Shown in pieces: positions 27,140 to 38,802 of a DNA stretch of 64,000 nucleotides (its first letter is position 1; each line of letters begins with the position of its first letter). The position numbers and the translations under genes are program-made. The stretch lies in contig CAWDML010000009.1 in the NCBI GenBank assembly GCA_963803435.1, forward strand, positions 896,001 through 960,000. The letters run 5' to 3'. This DNA comes from an uncultured delta proteobacterium (GTDB lineage: Bacteria; Myxococcota; Kuafuiibacteriia; Kuafuiibacteriales; Kuafuiibacteriaceae). The notes under the pieces were generated by a model. It worked only from the letters and a program-made list of their open reading frames with translations, had not been told where the DNA came from and did not search any database.

Positions 27140-27904
27140 TCCGGGGGCGTGGCCAGCTCCTCGAGCGCGCCGCGCAGCTGCTCCGGATGGATGATCCGGA
27201 CGCCCAGGCGCTCCGCCCAGCGCACCACGCCGCGGTCGCTCGACACCAGGGCGGCGTCCAGCTCGCGCGCGAGCAGGATCGAGATCGACGTCCTCGCGCG
27301 AGTCGAGGATCCCGACGCGCAGCGCATCGCGGTAGCGATCCCGAAAGCGACCGATGGTGCGCTCGATGTCCTCCTGGATCGTCTCCCGGACGGCCGTCTC
27401 GGCGAGGCGAAGACCGCGGTCGATGCGCGCCCGGATGTCCTCGATGAGCTCGTAGAGGAGGAAGCCGGGGACCTGTACGCCGGAGCGGTCCGGGGCCTTC
27501 AGCGAGACCACCAGCTCGAAGCGCGGCGGAGGCGGCGCGTCACCGAGGAACGTCTCGAGCTCCGCGTAGATCGAGGGCGGCATGTAGATCGCGACGCGGT
27601 CCTGGACGCGCCCGGCCAGCCGGATGAAGGTGGCGAAGGCGGCCGGGGTCGAGGCGCCGAACTGCGCGGCGGTGGCCGGATTGGTGAATACGCTCGTATC
27701 GAGGACGAGCTTGATCGGCGGGCCGGGCGGCTCCACAGGCTCCAATCGTAGCGCGAATTCCGCCCGGATCTGCTCCGCCAGATCGATCATGGCGTCCCGA
27801 CCCCGGCGATCCCGCTGCGCCGCCTGGAGGCGTTCGCGCAGCGCGGTCGCGGCGGTCGGGGGAACCTGGGCGGTCAAGGCGACCAGGAGGAGCGTCTCGA
27901 TCAT
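27124..27904 (-). CDS. RNA-free ribonuclease P (HARP / Aq880-like; 'RNA ligase partner' MJ0950 family) with N-terminal extension (apparent frameshift near 27281)
   Basis: LVLDTSVFTNP, YMPPSIYAEL, LYELIEDIRARIDRGLRLAE, RDRYRDALRVGILDSREDVDL then ILLARELDAALVSSDRGVVRWAERLG in ORF 27124..27327. Confidence 0.9.
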
Positions 27905-28030
27905 GACGACGAATCCTACGCAGCTGCGCTCATCGGCGATCCACGGCGGCGTCACGCCTCGGTCACCGTCCGCGTTTTTTTGCGCCGGTGATATTCCTGT
28001 GACCGCCCGAGGGCTACCAAAGGGGGCGAA

Positions 28031-30133
28031 ATGACCGCGGATCCGACGACCAAGCGCGCGCGCAACGTGGTGGCCGTGGTGATCCTGACGGTGGCCGTGC
28101 CTTCGCTCTTGCTCACCGCGCTGGGGGCCGTCGCGGTGGAGAACGAGGAGGCGGCGGCCAAGCGGCGGCTGCAGCAGGTGTACAGCCCGGTGATCTGGGA
28201 GGTCGCGCAGCGCTTCAACGCCCGCATCGATCAACTCCTGATCGACAGCAGCGAACCGTTTGCAGAGCTGGTGGCGTTCAGCCAGGACGAGGCGTCGGAG
28301 ACGCCTGCGCTCACGCCGTTCGTCGAGAAGACCGGGGACATCGCGATCAACTACTTCGTGCTGGCGCCGGACGGCGACGTGCTGGTGCCGCGTACCCCTG
28401 CGAACGAGCGAGCGACGGAGCCGCTCCCGTCCGGGATGGAGCGGGCGCTTCGACACGAGCTGGCCCACTACGCGAGCAAGTCGGCTTGCGCCGAGTGGAC
28501 CCAGATCGGGGACAGCTGCACCGACCAGCGCTGCGCCGCGGAGGTAGCCCGCTCGATGTGTCGGGTCGCCACCGGCCGTCCCGATCCCTACGAGTTCAGC
28601 GACACCTGCGCGGAGTACGCCGGCGAGCCGGTCGCGAAGGCGGCGCTCAAGATCGCGGCGCTCGAGCGCGAGCATGCCGATCGCCTCCTGGAAGCCGCGC
28701 ACGATCTGAATCGCATGTCCAAGGACTCGATCCAGATGCAGGCGCCGCCACCCTCCCTGCAGGCGGCGGAGAAGCTGGTCGACAGCGCGCTCGAGCTGGT
28801 GCGCACCGCGAAATCGCCGACGGCGCGCGTCTCCTCGCTGGTCTCGGATCTGGCGGCGGAGCGCATGCTGATCCGCCTCGAGTCGGACCGAGACCCGGAG
28901 GCCACGTGCGCGCGGGATCTGCTCCGGTCCGTGCGGGGACGCAGCTCGCTCCTGGGGCAGCTCGCCAGCTTCGGTCACCCCCGCGACACGCAGGTGCAGA
29001 TCCAGACCGTCGAGACGGACAACTGGCGCCGCCTGATCATGACGCAGTCGATCGACGGCTACCTGGTCGGCTTCGAGCTGGTGCCCTGCGCGTTCCAGCC
29101 GCTCCTCGACGCGGGGATCGCGGAGAAGGAGCTCGAGGATCACGTGACCACGCGCCTCTATCCGATCCAGGTCCAGGTCCCCAAGGAGTGGTCGGACTAC
29201 GGCGAGCAGGAGCAGGCGGAGTCCGAGGGGCGGATCGGCGCCTGGCTGCTGCTGAAGAAGACGAACCTCGCCTGGCGGTTGGTGGTGATGCTGGAGGACC
29301 GAGCCGGGTTCATCAGCGTCACGCGCAGCCGCTCGACGCTCTACTTCTGGGCCCTGATCCTGATCGCCGGGGCGCTGGTGGCGGGCATCGGATCGACCGT
29401 CCGCACCGTCTCGAACGAGGCGCGGCTGGCCCGCTTGAAGACCGACTTCGTCTCCAGCGTGTCGCACGATCTGAGGACGCCGCTCACCTCGATCCGCATG
29501 TTCACCGAGACGCTGCTTCTCGGTCGCGCCAGCACGAAGGAGGAGGAGACCGAGTTCCTGAAGGTGATCGCGGACGAGACCGACCGGCTTTCGCGCCTCA
29601 CCGAGCGCATCCTCGACTTCTCCCGCATGGAGGCGGGGCGAAAGGCGTATCAGTTCGTGACGGCCGAGGTGCCCGAGCTGGTGAGACAGGCGCTTCGAGC
29701 GTGCCGCCCGATGATCGAGGACGCGAAGTTCGAGGTGAATACCGAGTATGCTGCCGGGCTTCCTTCGATCGAGGTGGATCGCGATGCTATCGTGGAGGTG
29801 TTGATCAACCTGATCAGCAACGCGATCAAGTACAGCCCGGGCGAGCGGAGCATCTGCATCGCGGCTCACCTGCAGGGGGATCGCATGGCGATCTCCGTGA
29901 CGGATCGCGGCATCGGGATCGCGAAGGCCGAACAAGCGAAGATCTTCGAGAAGTTCTACCGCGTCGACTCTCGTCGCGCGAGCGAGGTGGGGGGCAGCGG
30001 CCTGGGTCTGAGCCTGGTTCATCACATCGTGAGCGCGCACGGCGGCGAAGTCACGGTCGAGAGCGCCCAGGGCTTCGGCAGCACGTTTACCGTCTGGTTG
30101 GAGGTGGGGCCTTGGAGAGCATCATCGTCGTAG
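28031..30133 (+). CDS. Membrane sensor histidine kinase
   Basis: Two TM segments; H-box VSHDLRTPLTSI, N-box NLISNAIKYS, DRGIGI, FEKFYRV, GSGLGL. Confidence 0.95.
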   Translation: MTADPTTKRARNVVAVVILTVAVPSLLLTALGAVAVENEEAAAKRRLQQVYSPVIWEVAQRFNARIDQLLIDSSEPFAELVAFSQDEASETPALTPFVEKTGDIAINYFVLAPDGDVLVPRTPANERATEPLPSGMERALRHELAHYASKSACAEWTQIGDSCTDQRCAAEVARSMCRVATGRPDPYEFSDTCAEYAGEPVAKAALKIAALEREHADRLLEAAHDLNRMSKDSIQMQAPPPSLQAAEKLVDSALELVRTAKSPTARVSSLVSDLAAERMLIRLESDRDPEATCARDLLRSVRGRSSLLGQLASFGHPRDTQVQIQTVETDNWRRLIMTQSIDGYLVGFELVPCAFQPLLDAGIAEKELEDHVTTRLYPIQVQVPKEWSDYGEQEQAESEGRIGAWLLLKKTNLAWRLVVMLEDRAGFISVTRSRSTLYFWALILIAGALVAGIGSTVRTVSNEARLARLKTDFVSSVSHDLRTPLTSIRMFTETLLLGRASTKEEETEFLKVIADETDRLSRLTERILDFSRMEAGRKAYQFVTAEVPELVRQALRACRPMIEDAKFEVNTEYAAGLPSIEVDRDAIVEVLINLISNAIKYSPGERSICIAAHLQGDRMAISVTDRGIGIAKAEQAKIFEKFYRVDSRRASEVGGSGLGLSLVHHIVSAHGGEVTVESAQGFGSTFTVWLEVGPWRASSS

Positions 30134-30792
30134 AGGACGACAAGAACATCGCGCGTGGTCTCGAGAAGAACCTCCGCTACGAAGGATTCGCCGTCCAGGT
30201 GGCGGAGGACGGCGAGCGCGGGCTCGAGCTGGTCGTCGACAAGAAGCCCGATCTGATCCTCCTCGACGTGATGCTCCCCAAGATGAACGGCTTCGAGGTG
30301 CTCCGCGAGGTGCGGCGTCTCGGCCTCGAGATCCCGGTGGTGATGTTGACCGCGAAGGCGGAGGAGCTCGACACGATCCGCGGGCTCGACCTGGGCGCCG
30401 ACGATTACATCACGAAGCCGTTCAGCCTCTCCGAGCTGATGGCGCGCATTCGAGCCGTCCTCCGACGGAAGCGGCGGTTCGAGAAGAAGGTCGAGCAGGT
30501 GCAGTTCGGGCGCGTGAATGTCGACTTCGTCGCCCGGAGCGTCGAGGTGGACGGCTCACCGGTCAAGCTGACGCACCGCGAGCTCGAGCTCCTGCGGATG
30601 TTCATCATGCGCGAGGGCGAAGCGCTCGAGCGCGAGGAGATCGTCCGGCGCGTCTGGGGGTTCGACTACGAGGGGACGGATCGTACGCTCGACAACTTCG
30701 TGAGCCGCCTCCGGCGCAAGTTCGAGGTCGACCCGGACGCTCCGCGGCACTTCCTGACGGTCCGCGGCGTCGGCTACCGGTTCGTGGGCTGA
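30112..30792 (+). CDS. OmpR family response regulator
   Basis: TTG 30112 after GGAGGT SD; IIVVEDD, LLDVMLP, LTAK, GADDYITKPF, wHTH ending TVRGVGYRF. Confidence 0.95.
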   Translation: MESIIVVEDDKNIARGLEKNLRYEGFAVQVAEDGERGLELVVDKKPDLILLDVMLPKMNGFEVLREVRRLGLEIPVVMLTAKAEELDTIRGLDLGADDYITKPFSLSELMARIRAVLRRKRRFEKKVEQVQFGRVNVDFVARSVEVDGSPVKLTHRELELLRMFIMREGEALEREEIVRRVWGFDYEGTDRTLDNFVSRLRRKFEVDPDAPRHFLTVRGVGYRFVG

Positions 30793-30796
30793 GCGC

Positions 30797-33700
30797 TCAA
30801 TTGCACGGCTGGCAGAGCGAGCCGCCGCAGTCGATCTGCGTCTCGTCCTGATCGAGCAGGCCGTCGCTGCACAGCGTCGAGAACGAGCCGACCGTCACCT
30901 GCACCGGATCACCGTAGCGGACGGCCCAACGGTCGCCGGCCCAGGTGAGCGATGGGAGGGTGCCGTCGCCGACCACCACGCTGTCGACGAGCTGTAGGCT
31001 CGGCGAGACCAGCATGACCGCGACCCGCTCGACCGCGCCGTCGACGAAGTCGTAGGCGAGGGCGAACTCGAGGCCGTTATACGCGAGCACCGGCGGGGAG
31101 GAGGAGTAGACGCCGGCCGGCCCGATCGCCTGGTGTGAGCCGACGACGGTGCAGGTGGCCGGCGCGATCCGGACCATGTTGATCGAGTTGGTGGCGTTGA
31201 AGTACGCCGCCACGATGTCGGTGCCGTCGTACACCGAGGAGAGGAACGTGCCCTGCGCCGGGAAGCCGGCCAGCGCGCGATCGCTGCCGGCGATCAACGA
31301 GCCGTTGGCGCGCGTCCGCAGGCAGCGGACCTCGCCCGCGGACGAGTACAGCACCGTGTAGCCGGCGCCGGTGAAGTGGAGGTTCGGCTGGACGTCATCC
31401 GTGCCGTCGACCACGGTGAGCACCGAGAGGTTGCTGGCGACGCCGGTCGGGGAGACCTGGACGAAGCGCAATCGATCCGAAGCGGGGGCGTGGTCCCGGT
31501 ACACCAGGCCATAGGCGGCTCCGTTCCAGACCGGCCAGAAGTTGAGCGCGTTGCTGGCGACGTTCGTGATCTGCAGCGTCGAGGCCGCCGTCTCGCCTGC
31601 CCGGGCGAATCCGATGTTCATGCCGCTGGTGACGAAGAAGCCGAAGTCCGTGCCGTCGAACTCGATCGACTCGACGCCGAACGGTCCACCGCCGCCCGAG
31701 GCGACCGCAGGCCCCACCACCGGGTCGTCGAGGTCACGGGTGTTCGAGCCGATCACGGTGTCGCCGGCGGCGTCGAACCCGACCACGCCCAGGCGGGTGG
31801 TGCCCCAGCGGACGTTCTGGCGCTTGGTGACCTGCGTGCCCCCGAAGAGCATCGGATACGCTGTGGTGGCGAGGAAGGTCTGCTCGTCGTCGATCACGGT
31901 GAGGTCGAAGTCGCTGCTGGTCTCGGCTGCGATGTCGAGCGCCACCTCGACCTGCTCGGAGCGTGTGTCGGTGTCGTCGGCCGCGGTCACGGTGATGACG
32001 ACCGGGTTGGAGAAGTCGGCCTGCCCGAAGGTGACCGAGCTCGGCGTGAAGGTCAGGCCGGCGAGGGTCGAGGTGATGGTGACGGTGTCGGTGCCACCGT
32101 CGGCGAGGTGCGGGCGGAAGCCGAGGTGGACCTGGAATGTGACCCCGGGGCCGCCTTCCTGGACCGAGGCCGGGAGCGTCGCCGGGATGCTGTCGGCCAG
32201 GATGACCTGATGGTCGTCGTCGGCGACGTCGACGTCGATGGTGACGTCTGGGGCACCTTCGGGCGCGGAGAGGGCGCCGGTCGAGAGGGTGAAGCTGGTG
32301 CTCTCGTCCTCGAGAATCGTCGTCCTCGACGCCGGTGACGGCGACCGCCTGGGGCACGGAGAAGTTGGAGGCGGTGAAGACCAGCGCCGCCGGCGACAGG
32401 GCGGCCACGGTGGGATTCTGCGCCGCCCGCGGTCACCGTGACGGGCGCCGACGGCCGGTAGCCGAGCGTCACCAGCACCTGAGCGGTGGCGCCCTCGAGC
32501 ACGCTTGCGGGGTTGGGCGCGGCCAGGATCACCTGGGTGTCGTCGTCGGCGACGACCACCGAGACCGTCTGAGCGGCGACACCGGCAGAGGCGAGCGTGA
32601 CGGTCAAGCTCTCCCCGTGGACGTCGTCGTCCTCGACCGCGGCGATCGAGAAGGGCTGCGGCGTGCCGTAGTCGTTCGAGTCGAACGTCAGGACGGCCGG
32701 GCTCGCGGTGGCGGCGCCGGGATCCGACGAGCTCAGCGTCACCACCTGGGTGCCGGCCGGATCGTACTGGAGGTACGCGGTGAGGGCCTGAGGTGCACCG
32801 CCCTCGGTCAGCGACACGTTGTTGCTGGAGAGGATGATCGCCTGGACGTCGTCGTCCGCGACGGCGACGGCGACCGATCCGGCGGCGGGGACGTCGAGCG
32901 AGGACATCGTCACCGCGACGCTCTCGTCGTGCACGTCGAGATCGTCGACCGGGCTCACGGTGACGGTCTTGGGGGTGGCGTAGTCGGCCGGTGTGAACGT
33001 CAGCGCCACGGGCGACACCGAAGCGGCGCCGGCGTCGCTCGAGAGGACGGCCACCGAGACGGCGGCGCTCGGCTGGAACTGGAGCCGCACCGTGAAGCTC
33101 GAGGAGGCGCCGCCCTCGGTGAGGCTCAGGCTGGCGGGGAAGATCGCGAAAGCCTGGGTGTCATCGTCGTCCACCGTGACCTGCACGCTGTCCGGCGCGA
33201 TCCCCGACGCCGGTGATCGCGATGGTGACGCTCTCGTCGGCAACGTCGACGTCCTGCGGCGCCGAGACGGTGAGCGTCCGCGCGACGGCCCAGTTGCTCG
33301 AGTCAAACGTGATCGATCCGGGCAGGACGGCTGCGGCGCCGGCGTCGGAGCTCACCAGGGTGACGCTGACCGGCGTGACCGGATCGAACGCGAGCCGCAC
33401 GGTGAACGTCTTGCTCCCGCCCTCGCCGAGCGCAATCGCGTGCGTGCTGAGTACCAGCGACTGCGTATCGTCGTCCTGGACGGACACCGCGATCGAGGCG
33501 CCGGGTGTGCCGGAGCCGACCAGATCGATCGTCACGGACTCGTCGCGGGTGTCGGAGTCCTGGATACCCGCGATCGTCAGCGACTGGGCCTGCGCGTAGT
33601 TCGCCGAGGTGAAGGTGAGCGAGGTGGGGGCGGCCGTGGCGGCGGCGCCGTCGCTCGACGCGGCGGTGACGGTGAGGGGCGTGACCGGGTCGAACGCGAG

Positions 33701-36700
33701 GCTGACGCCCACCGAGCCCGAGCCACCCTCGGCGACGCTGAGGCTCGTCGAGGAGAGGACGATCGACTGGACGTCGTCGTCGTGGATCGCGACCGCCAGG
33801 ATCTGGCTGGCGGCGACGGCGCTGGAGAAGGTGACGGTGACGTTCTCGTCTCGCGTGTCGGCATCCGCGAGCGCGAGCAGCGAGACAGTCTTCGGCTGCG
33901 CGTAGTCGGCCGAGGTGAAGGTGAGGCTGGCCGCGCCCACGGTGAGTGCGCCGGCGTCGCTGTTCGCGATGGAGACAGTGACGCTCGCCTCGGGATCGGC
34001 CGCGAGGCGCACCGTGACCTGACCGCTGGTGCCCTCGTCGAGCAGGACCGAGCCGGAGTCGAGCACGAGCGCCTGCTGGTCGTCGTCATGCACGGCCACC
34101 GTGACCGCGCGGGGCACGAGACCGGCCGCGCTCACCGTGACGGCGGCGCTCTCGTCGTGGGCGTCGGCGTCCTGAAGCGCGGTCACCGAGACGCTCCGGG
34201 GCAGGTCCCAGTTGCCCGCGTCGAAGCTCAAGCTGGCGGCGTCCAGCGAGATCACGTTCGGATCGGAGACCGAGAGCGAGACCACGACCGTCCCGGACGG
34301 CTGCTGGGTGAGGCGAACCTCGAATGCGCCCGCGGCGCCTTCGGTGAGCGAGAGGCTCGACGGCGTCAGCGCCAGGTTCAGCGTGTCGTCGTCGACGACG
34401 GTGACCGCGACGGTGACGGGCGTCAGGGAGGGCGCGGACAGCAGGACCTCGGCGGTGTCGTCGGTGACGTCAGGATCTTCGAGGCCAGCGATCGAGACGC
34501 TCTTCGGCACCGACCAGTCCGAGGGTGTGAAGGTCACGCTTCCGACGGCAGGCGCGGCGACGGTGGGGTCGGAGGAGGCGACCGAGACGGTTACGGCGGC
34601 GGCGGGACGAAACGCGAGGCGCACGCCCACGTCCTCGCTTCCGCCCTCCCCGATGGTCAGCGAGGTCGGATCGACGACCAAGGACTGGACGTCGTCGTCC
34701 ACCACGGTCACCGCGATCGCCAGGTCGGCCATCCCAGTCGAGGACAGGACCACGCTCACCGAGGCGCCGGCGACGTCGTCGTCCTGGACCGCGGTCAACG
34801 TGACGGGCACGGGCGCGCTCCAGTTGGACGGCGTGAAGGTGAGGACGGCGGGCGAGGCCGACAGCGAGGGGATCGGTCGAGGCCACGTTGATGCTGACCG
34901 GAGCGGGCGGGGCGAAGGCGAGGCGAACGCCGACGTGCTCGGAGTCCCCTTCACCAACGGTGACCTGCAGGCGATCGGCGAGGATCGCCTGCGCGTCGTC
35001 GTCGGTGACCAGGACCGCGAGCGCGTCCGGCGCCAACCCTCCGCCCGAGACCGCGACGGTCACGCTCTCGTTGGCGAGGTCGTCGTCGTCGGTGCCGCTG
35101 ACGGTGATCGCGCGCGGGAGGTCCCAGTTGGAGGCGTCGAAGTCGAGGCTCGCCGGCGAAACGGTGGCAGCCCCCGGATCGGACGAGGAGAACGCGAGCG
35201 TGATCGGAGAGGCCGGCTCGAAGGCCAGGCGGGCGGTGAACGGGGAGGCGCCGTTCTCGGCGACCAAGAGCGTGTGGGTGTCGAGCAGGATCGACTGGTG
35301 ATCCTGGTCCGTCACGGTGACCGCCACGCTGACCGGCGCGGCGTCGGCCGAGACCAGCGTGATGGTGCTCTGGTCGTCGGTGGTGTTCGCGTCCGCTTCG
35401 GCGAAGACGGTGATCGACTGGGGCAGGTCCCAGTCCGCTGCGGTGAACGTGAGCTGCTCCGGCGCGGTCGCGAGGTATGGGTCCGCCGGAATGACGGCGA
35501 CGGTGACCTCGCCGTCCGGTTCGAAGCCGAGCCTGAGGTCGAAGGTGCCGGCTCCGTTCTCCGGCACGACGATGGCGCCCGGAGAGGCGAGCAGCGTCAT
35601 CTCGTCGTCATCGATCACCAGCACCGGCGCGGCCGCCACTCCGATCTCCAGCGACGAGAGTCGCAGCGAGCCGAGGTCGTCGCGGACGTTCTGATCCTGG
35701 AGGCCGGTGACCGTGACGCGCTGCTCGTGGTTCCAGTCCGCGGCCGTGAACGTGAGCAGCGCCGGGCTGGCCGAGATGGCGCCCTCCGCGCCCACGTTGA
35801 TCCGCGTGGTGTTGAGGGGCGGAAACATCAGTCGGACGCCGAGCTCCCCGCTCTCGCCCTCGTGCACGGTCGCGGAGGACGGGTTGATGATCGCCTCCTG
35901 GACGTCGTCCTCGATCACGGTCACCTCGACGGTCACGTCCGCGGCGCCGGGGCAGGAGAGGGTGACGGTCTCGTCCTCGTCCTCGAGATCCGGGTCGTTG
36001 CGACCGATGACGTTCACCAGCCGGTCCTGGTTCCAGTCGTTCCGCGTGAACACGAGGTCGACCGGGGTCACGGCGATCTTCGCCGGGTCCGAGAGCGCGA
36101 GGTGAACCACGGTGTCCGCCGGCGGCTGGAAGCCGAGGCGCACCGTGAAGCTCTGCGCGTCGCGTTCGCTGACGCCGACCGAGGCCGTGGAGACGACGAT
36201 GATCTGCGTGTCGTCGTCGGTGACCGTGACGGCGACGTCGGCCGCGCCGTCGATGCCCGCGCTGGTGAGCATGACGTGGGCTTCCTCGTCGGTGACGTTC
36301 ATGTCGGCGACGCCGCTGACCTCGATCATCTGCGGCTGGTCGAAGTTGTCCTTGGTGAACGTGAGAGTCGCTGGCCCGACCGCGGCGATGCTGCGGTCGG
36401 TGGAGGCGACGTCGACGGTGACGTCCTCCTCGGGCTGGAACGCCAAGCTCGCGGCGAAGCTGGTGGTCAGCCCCTCACCGACCGAGACCGCGCCGGTGCT
36501 GAGCACGAAGGCCTGCGTGTCGTCGTCGGCGATGGTGAGGGCGACGGTCGCGCCTTCACCGGCCGGATTGCCGAAGGCGACGTCGACCGCGTTGCCGGCC
36601 AGATCGTCGTCCTCGAGCGCCTCGAGGCGGAGCGTCTGCGGCACGTTCCACGTCTCGGGATCGATCACCATCACCGAATGGCTCACTCGGACCCGGTGCG

Positions 36701-37232
36701 GATCGCTCGCGGCGACCGACACGGCCACGGCGGCCTCCGGGCGCGCCGAGAGGCGGAGCCCGACGGTGGTGCTGCCGCCCTCGACGAGGTTCGCCGACGC
36801 GGGCGTCACCACCAGGTTGACCGCGTCGTCGTCGACCACCGTGACGCTGAAGCTCCGGGTGCCGAGCTCGGACTCGAGGGTGATGAACGCCGTATCGTTC
36901 TTGGCGTCGTCGTCGTCCTGAGGCGTGAGGCTGACCTCGATGCCCTTCACGTCGACCATGCCTTCGGTCATCGAGAGCGTCACCACCGAGGGCGCGCTGT
37001 TCGACAGCGTGGCCGCGATCGGCTGATCCGACGCGGTGTTGAGCCGCAGGCGGAACTTCACCGGCTCACCGCCCTCCACCAGCGCGAACGTGTCCGGATG
37101 CGGATCGATCAAGATCGCGAGATCCGGTGTCCGCTGAGGAACCACCACCGGTGGCGGCTCATCGCCGCACGCGAGCACGGCCGCGGCGAGGAGTCCCAGG
37201 GTCGAGAGACGGAGCGTCGTCCTTACTTGCAC
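30797..37232 (-). CDS. Giant surface lipoprotein (~2140 aa) with 17 Calx-beta-like repeats, a C-terminal propeller-like domain and a Cys-rich tail (four apparent frameshifts)
   Basis: Lipobox VLAC; ~98 aa repeats (V.EG....VRL..P...VTV...D....LTF...NW..P..V....D.D..DE....V.DDD) run across ORFs 34470, 33161, 32053, 31734 and 30797; ends CSDGLLDQDETQIDCGGSLCQPC. Confidence 0.85.
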
Positions 37233-37311
37233 TGCAGGTGTCACCTTTCCGACGGTTGAATCGTTCGGTCGGGCGACGGCTGAAGATGTAGGAGCGAAGT
37301 TCCTGGGGCGC

Positions 37312-38643
37312 TCAGTCCGCGAACGCCTCCAGACGGCGACGGCGCTTGATGTGTCGCATGCGTGCCAGGGCCTTGGCCTCAATCTGGCGCACGCGCTCGC
37401 GGGTGAGACCGAACATCTGCCCGATCTCCTCGAGCGTGTGGCTCTGATCCCCGCCGATTCCGAACCGAAGCCGGAGGACCTGCTCCTCGCGCGGCGTCAG
37501 GGTGGCGAGCGCGCGCCTGAGCTCGTTCTTCAGGTCGGACTCCACCACGTGATCCGCGGGCAAGAGCGCGTCCGGGTCCTCCACGAAGTCACCGAGCACG
37601 GCGTCGTCGTCGCCGACCGGGGTGCTCAGCGAGACCGTGTGCGGCTTCACCTCCAGCGCGCGCACGACCTGCTCCGGGGTGAGGCCGGTGCGCGTGGCCA
37701 ACTCCTCCACGGTGGGGCACCGTCCGTGTTCCTGAAAGAACACGCGCTCGTTCCGCGCGAGCTGCGACATGCGTTCCTGCATGTGCACCGGCACCCGGAT
37801 CGTCCGCCCGCGATCGGCGATTGCGCGGTTCATGCCCTGTTTGATCCACCAGGTGGCGTACGTCGAGAAGCGATAGCCGTGCCGCCACTCGAACTTCTCG
37901 ACGGCGCGCATCAGGCCGAGGTTGCCCTCCTGGAGCAGGTCGGAGAACGGGAGCCCGCGGTTCAGGTACCGCTTGGCGATCGACACCACGAGCCGGAGGT
38001 TGGCCTCCACCATGCGCTGCCGCAGCCGCGCGGCCCGGCGTCCGGCCGCGCGGACCCGCCGGGAGATCGGCTCGAGCTCCGAGAGCGGGCGGCCGAGCTC
38101 CTCCTCGGTTCGTTCGGTCCTGAGCGAAGAGCCGCCCTCCAACGCGTGGGCGACGCGTTGCTCGAAGCGCTCCAGGATGGCCGCGATCTGGGACTTCTCG
38201 ATGAGCAGGTCGGCGATCCGTCGGGTGGCGCGATCACGATCGAGGTCGATCTGCGCGCGCACGGCCGCCAGCCGCTTCCGGGAGATGCGCTTCTTTTTCG
38301 TGAGCTCGGCCTCCAGGGTCAACGCGCCCTCGGCCAGCGTTTGCGCCTCAGCGAGCGCTTGGATCACGTCGCGCACCGCGGAGGCGTCGTCGAGGTCGCG
38401 GTCCGCCCGCGGCGCCGGACGAAGCAGGTCCTCCAGCGAGTGCCGGCCCGTCTCGAGCTTGGCGCCGAGCACGACGAGCTCGCGCACGACGTGGGGACAT
38501 TCGATCGCCGCTCGGAGCGCCTCGAGCTCCGCCGCTTCGATCTGTTGTGCGAGCTCGACCTCCTGGCCCGCCGCCAGCAGCGGGAAGCGGCGGAGCTCTG
38601 AGAGATAGGCCTGGAGGTCGGCCCCCGTCATTTTGCGTCTCAC
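37312..38643 (-). CDS. RpoD-like sigma70 factor lacking region 1.1
   Basis: [11 protein letters not shown] (1.2), [60 protein letters not shown]. Confidence 0.93.
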   Translation of the reverse strand: MRRKMTGADLQAYLSELRRFPLLAAGQEVELAQQIEAAELEALRAAIECPHVVRELVVLGAKLETGRHSLEDLLRPAPRADRDLDDASAVRDVIQALAEAQTLAEGALTLEAELTKKKRISRKRLAAVRAQIDLDRDRATRRIADLLIEKSQIAAILERFEQRVAHALEGGSSLRTERTEEELGRPLSELEPISRRVRAAGRRAARLRQRMVEANLRLVVSIAKRYLNRGLPFSDLLQEGNLGLMRAVEKFEWRHGYRFSTYATWWIKQGMNRAIADRGRTIRVPVHMQERMSQLARNERVFFQEHGRCPTVEELATRTGLTPEQVVRALEVKPHTVSLSTPVGDDDAVLGDFVEDPDALLPADHVVESDLKNELRRALATLTPREEQVLRLRFGIGGDQSHTLEEIGQMFGLTRERVRQIEAKALARMRHIKRRRRLEAFAD

Positions 38644-38802
38644 TTGTGATTCCTTCGTTCCGCGGCCGCCGGGGCCGCGGGGGAGGAGGGAAGGACGGCA
38701 GCGCTTCCGAAGAAGGCGGGCCTTCGCCTGTGTCTCACAACGCGCGACGCGTCATCCTGATTCCATTTCGACGATGGAACACCCGATGCACTCGCACCCG
38801 GG

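Noticed and set aside
26003-30040. 1345 aa minus-strand ORF suggesting a giant HARP fusion
   Set aside because: Only 27904 to ~27281 is real coding; the rest is antisense shadow of the kinase and ligase genes, extended by a frameshift.
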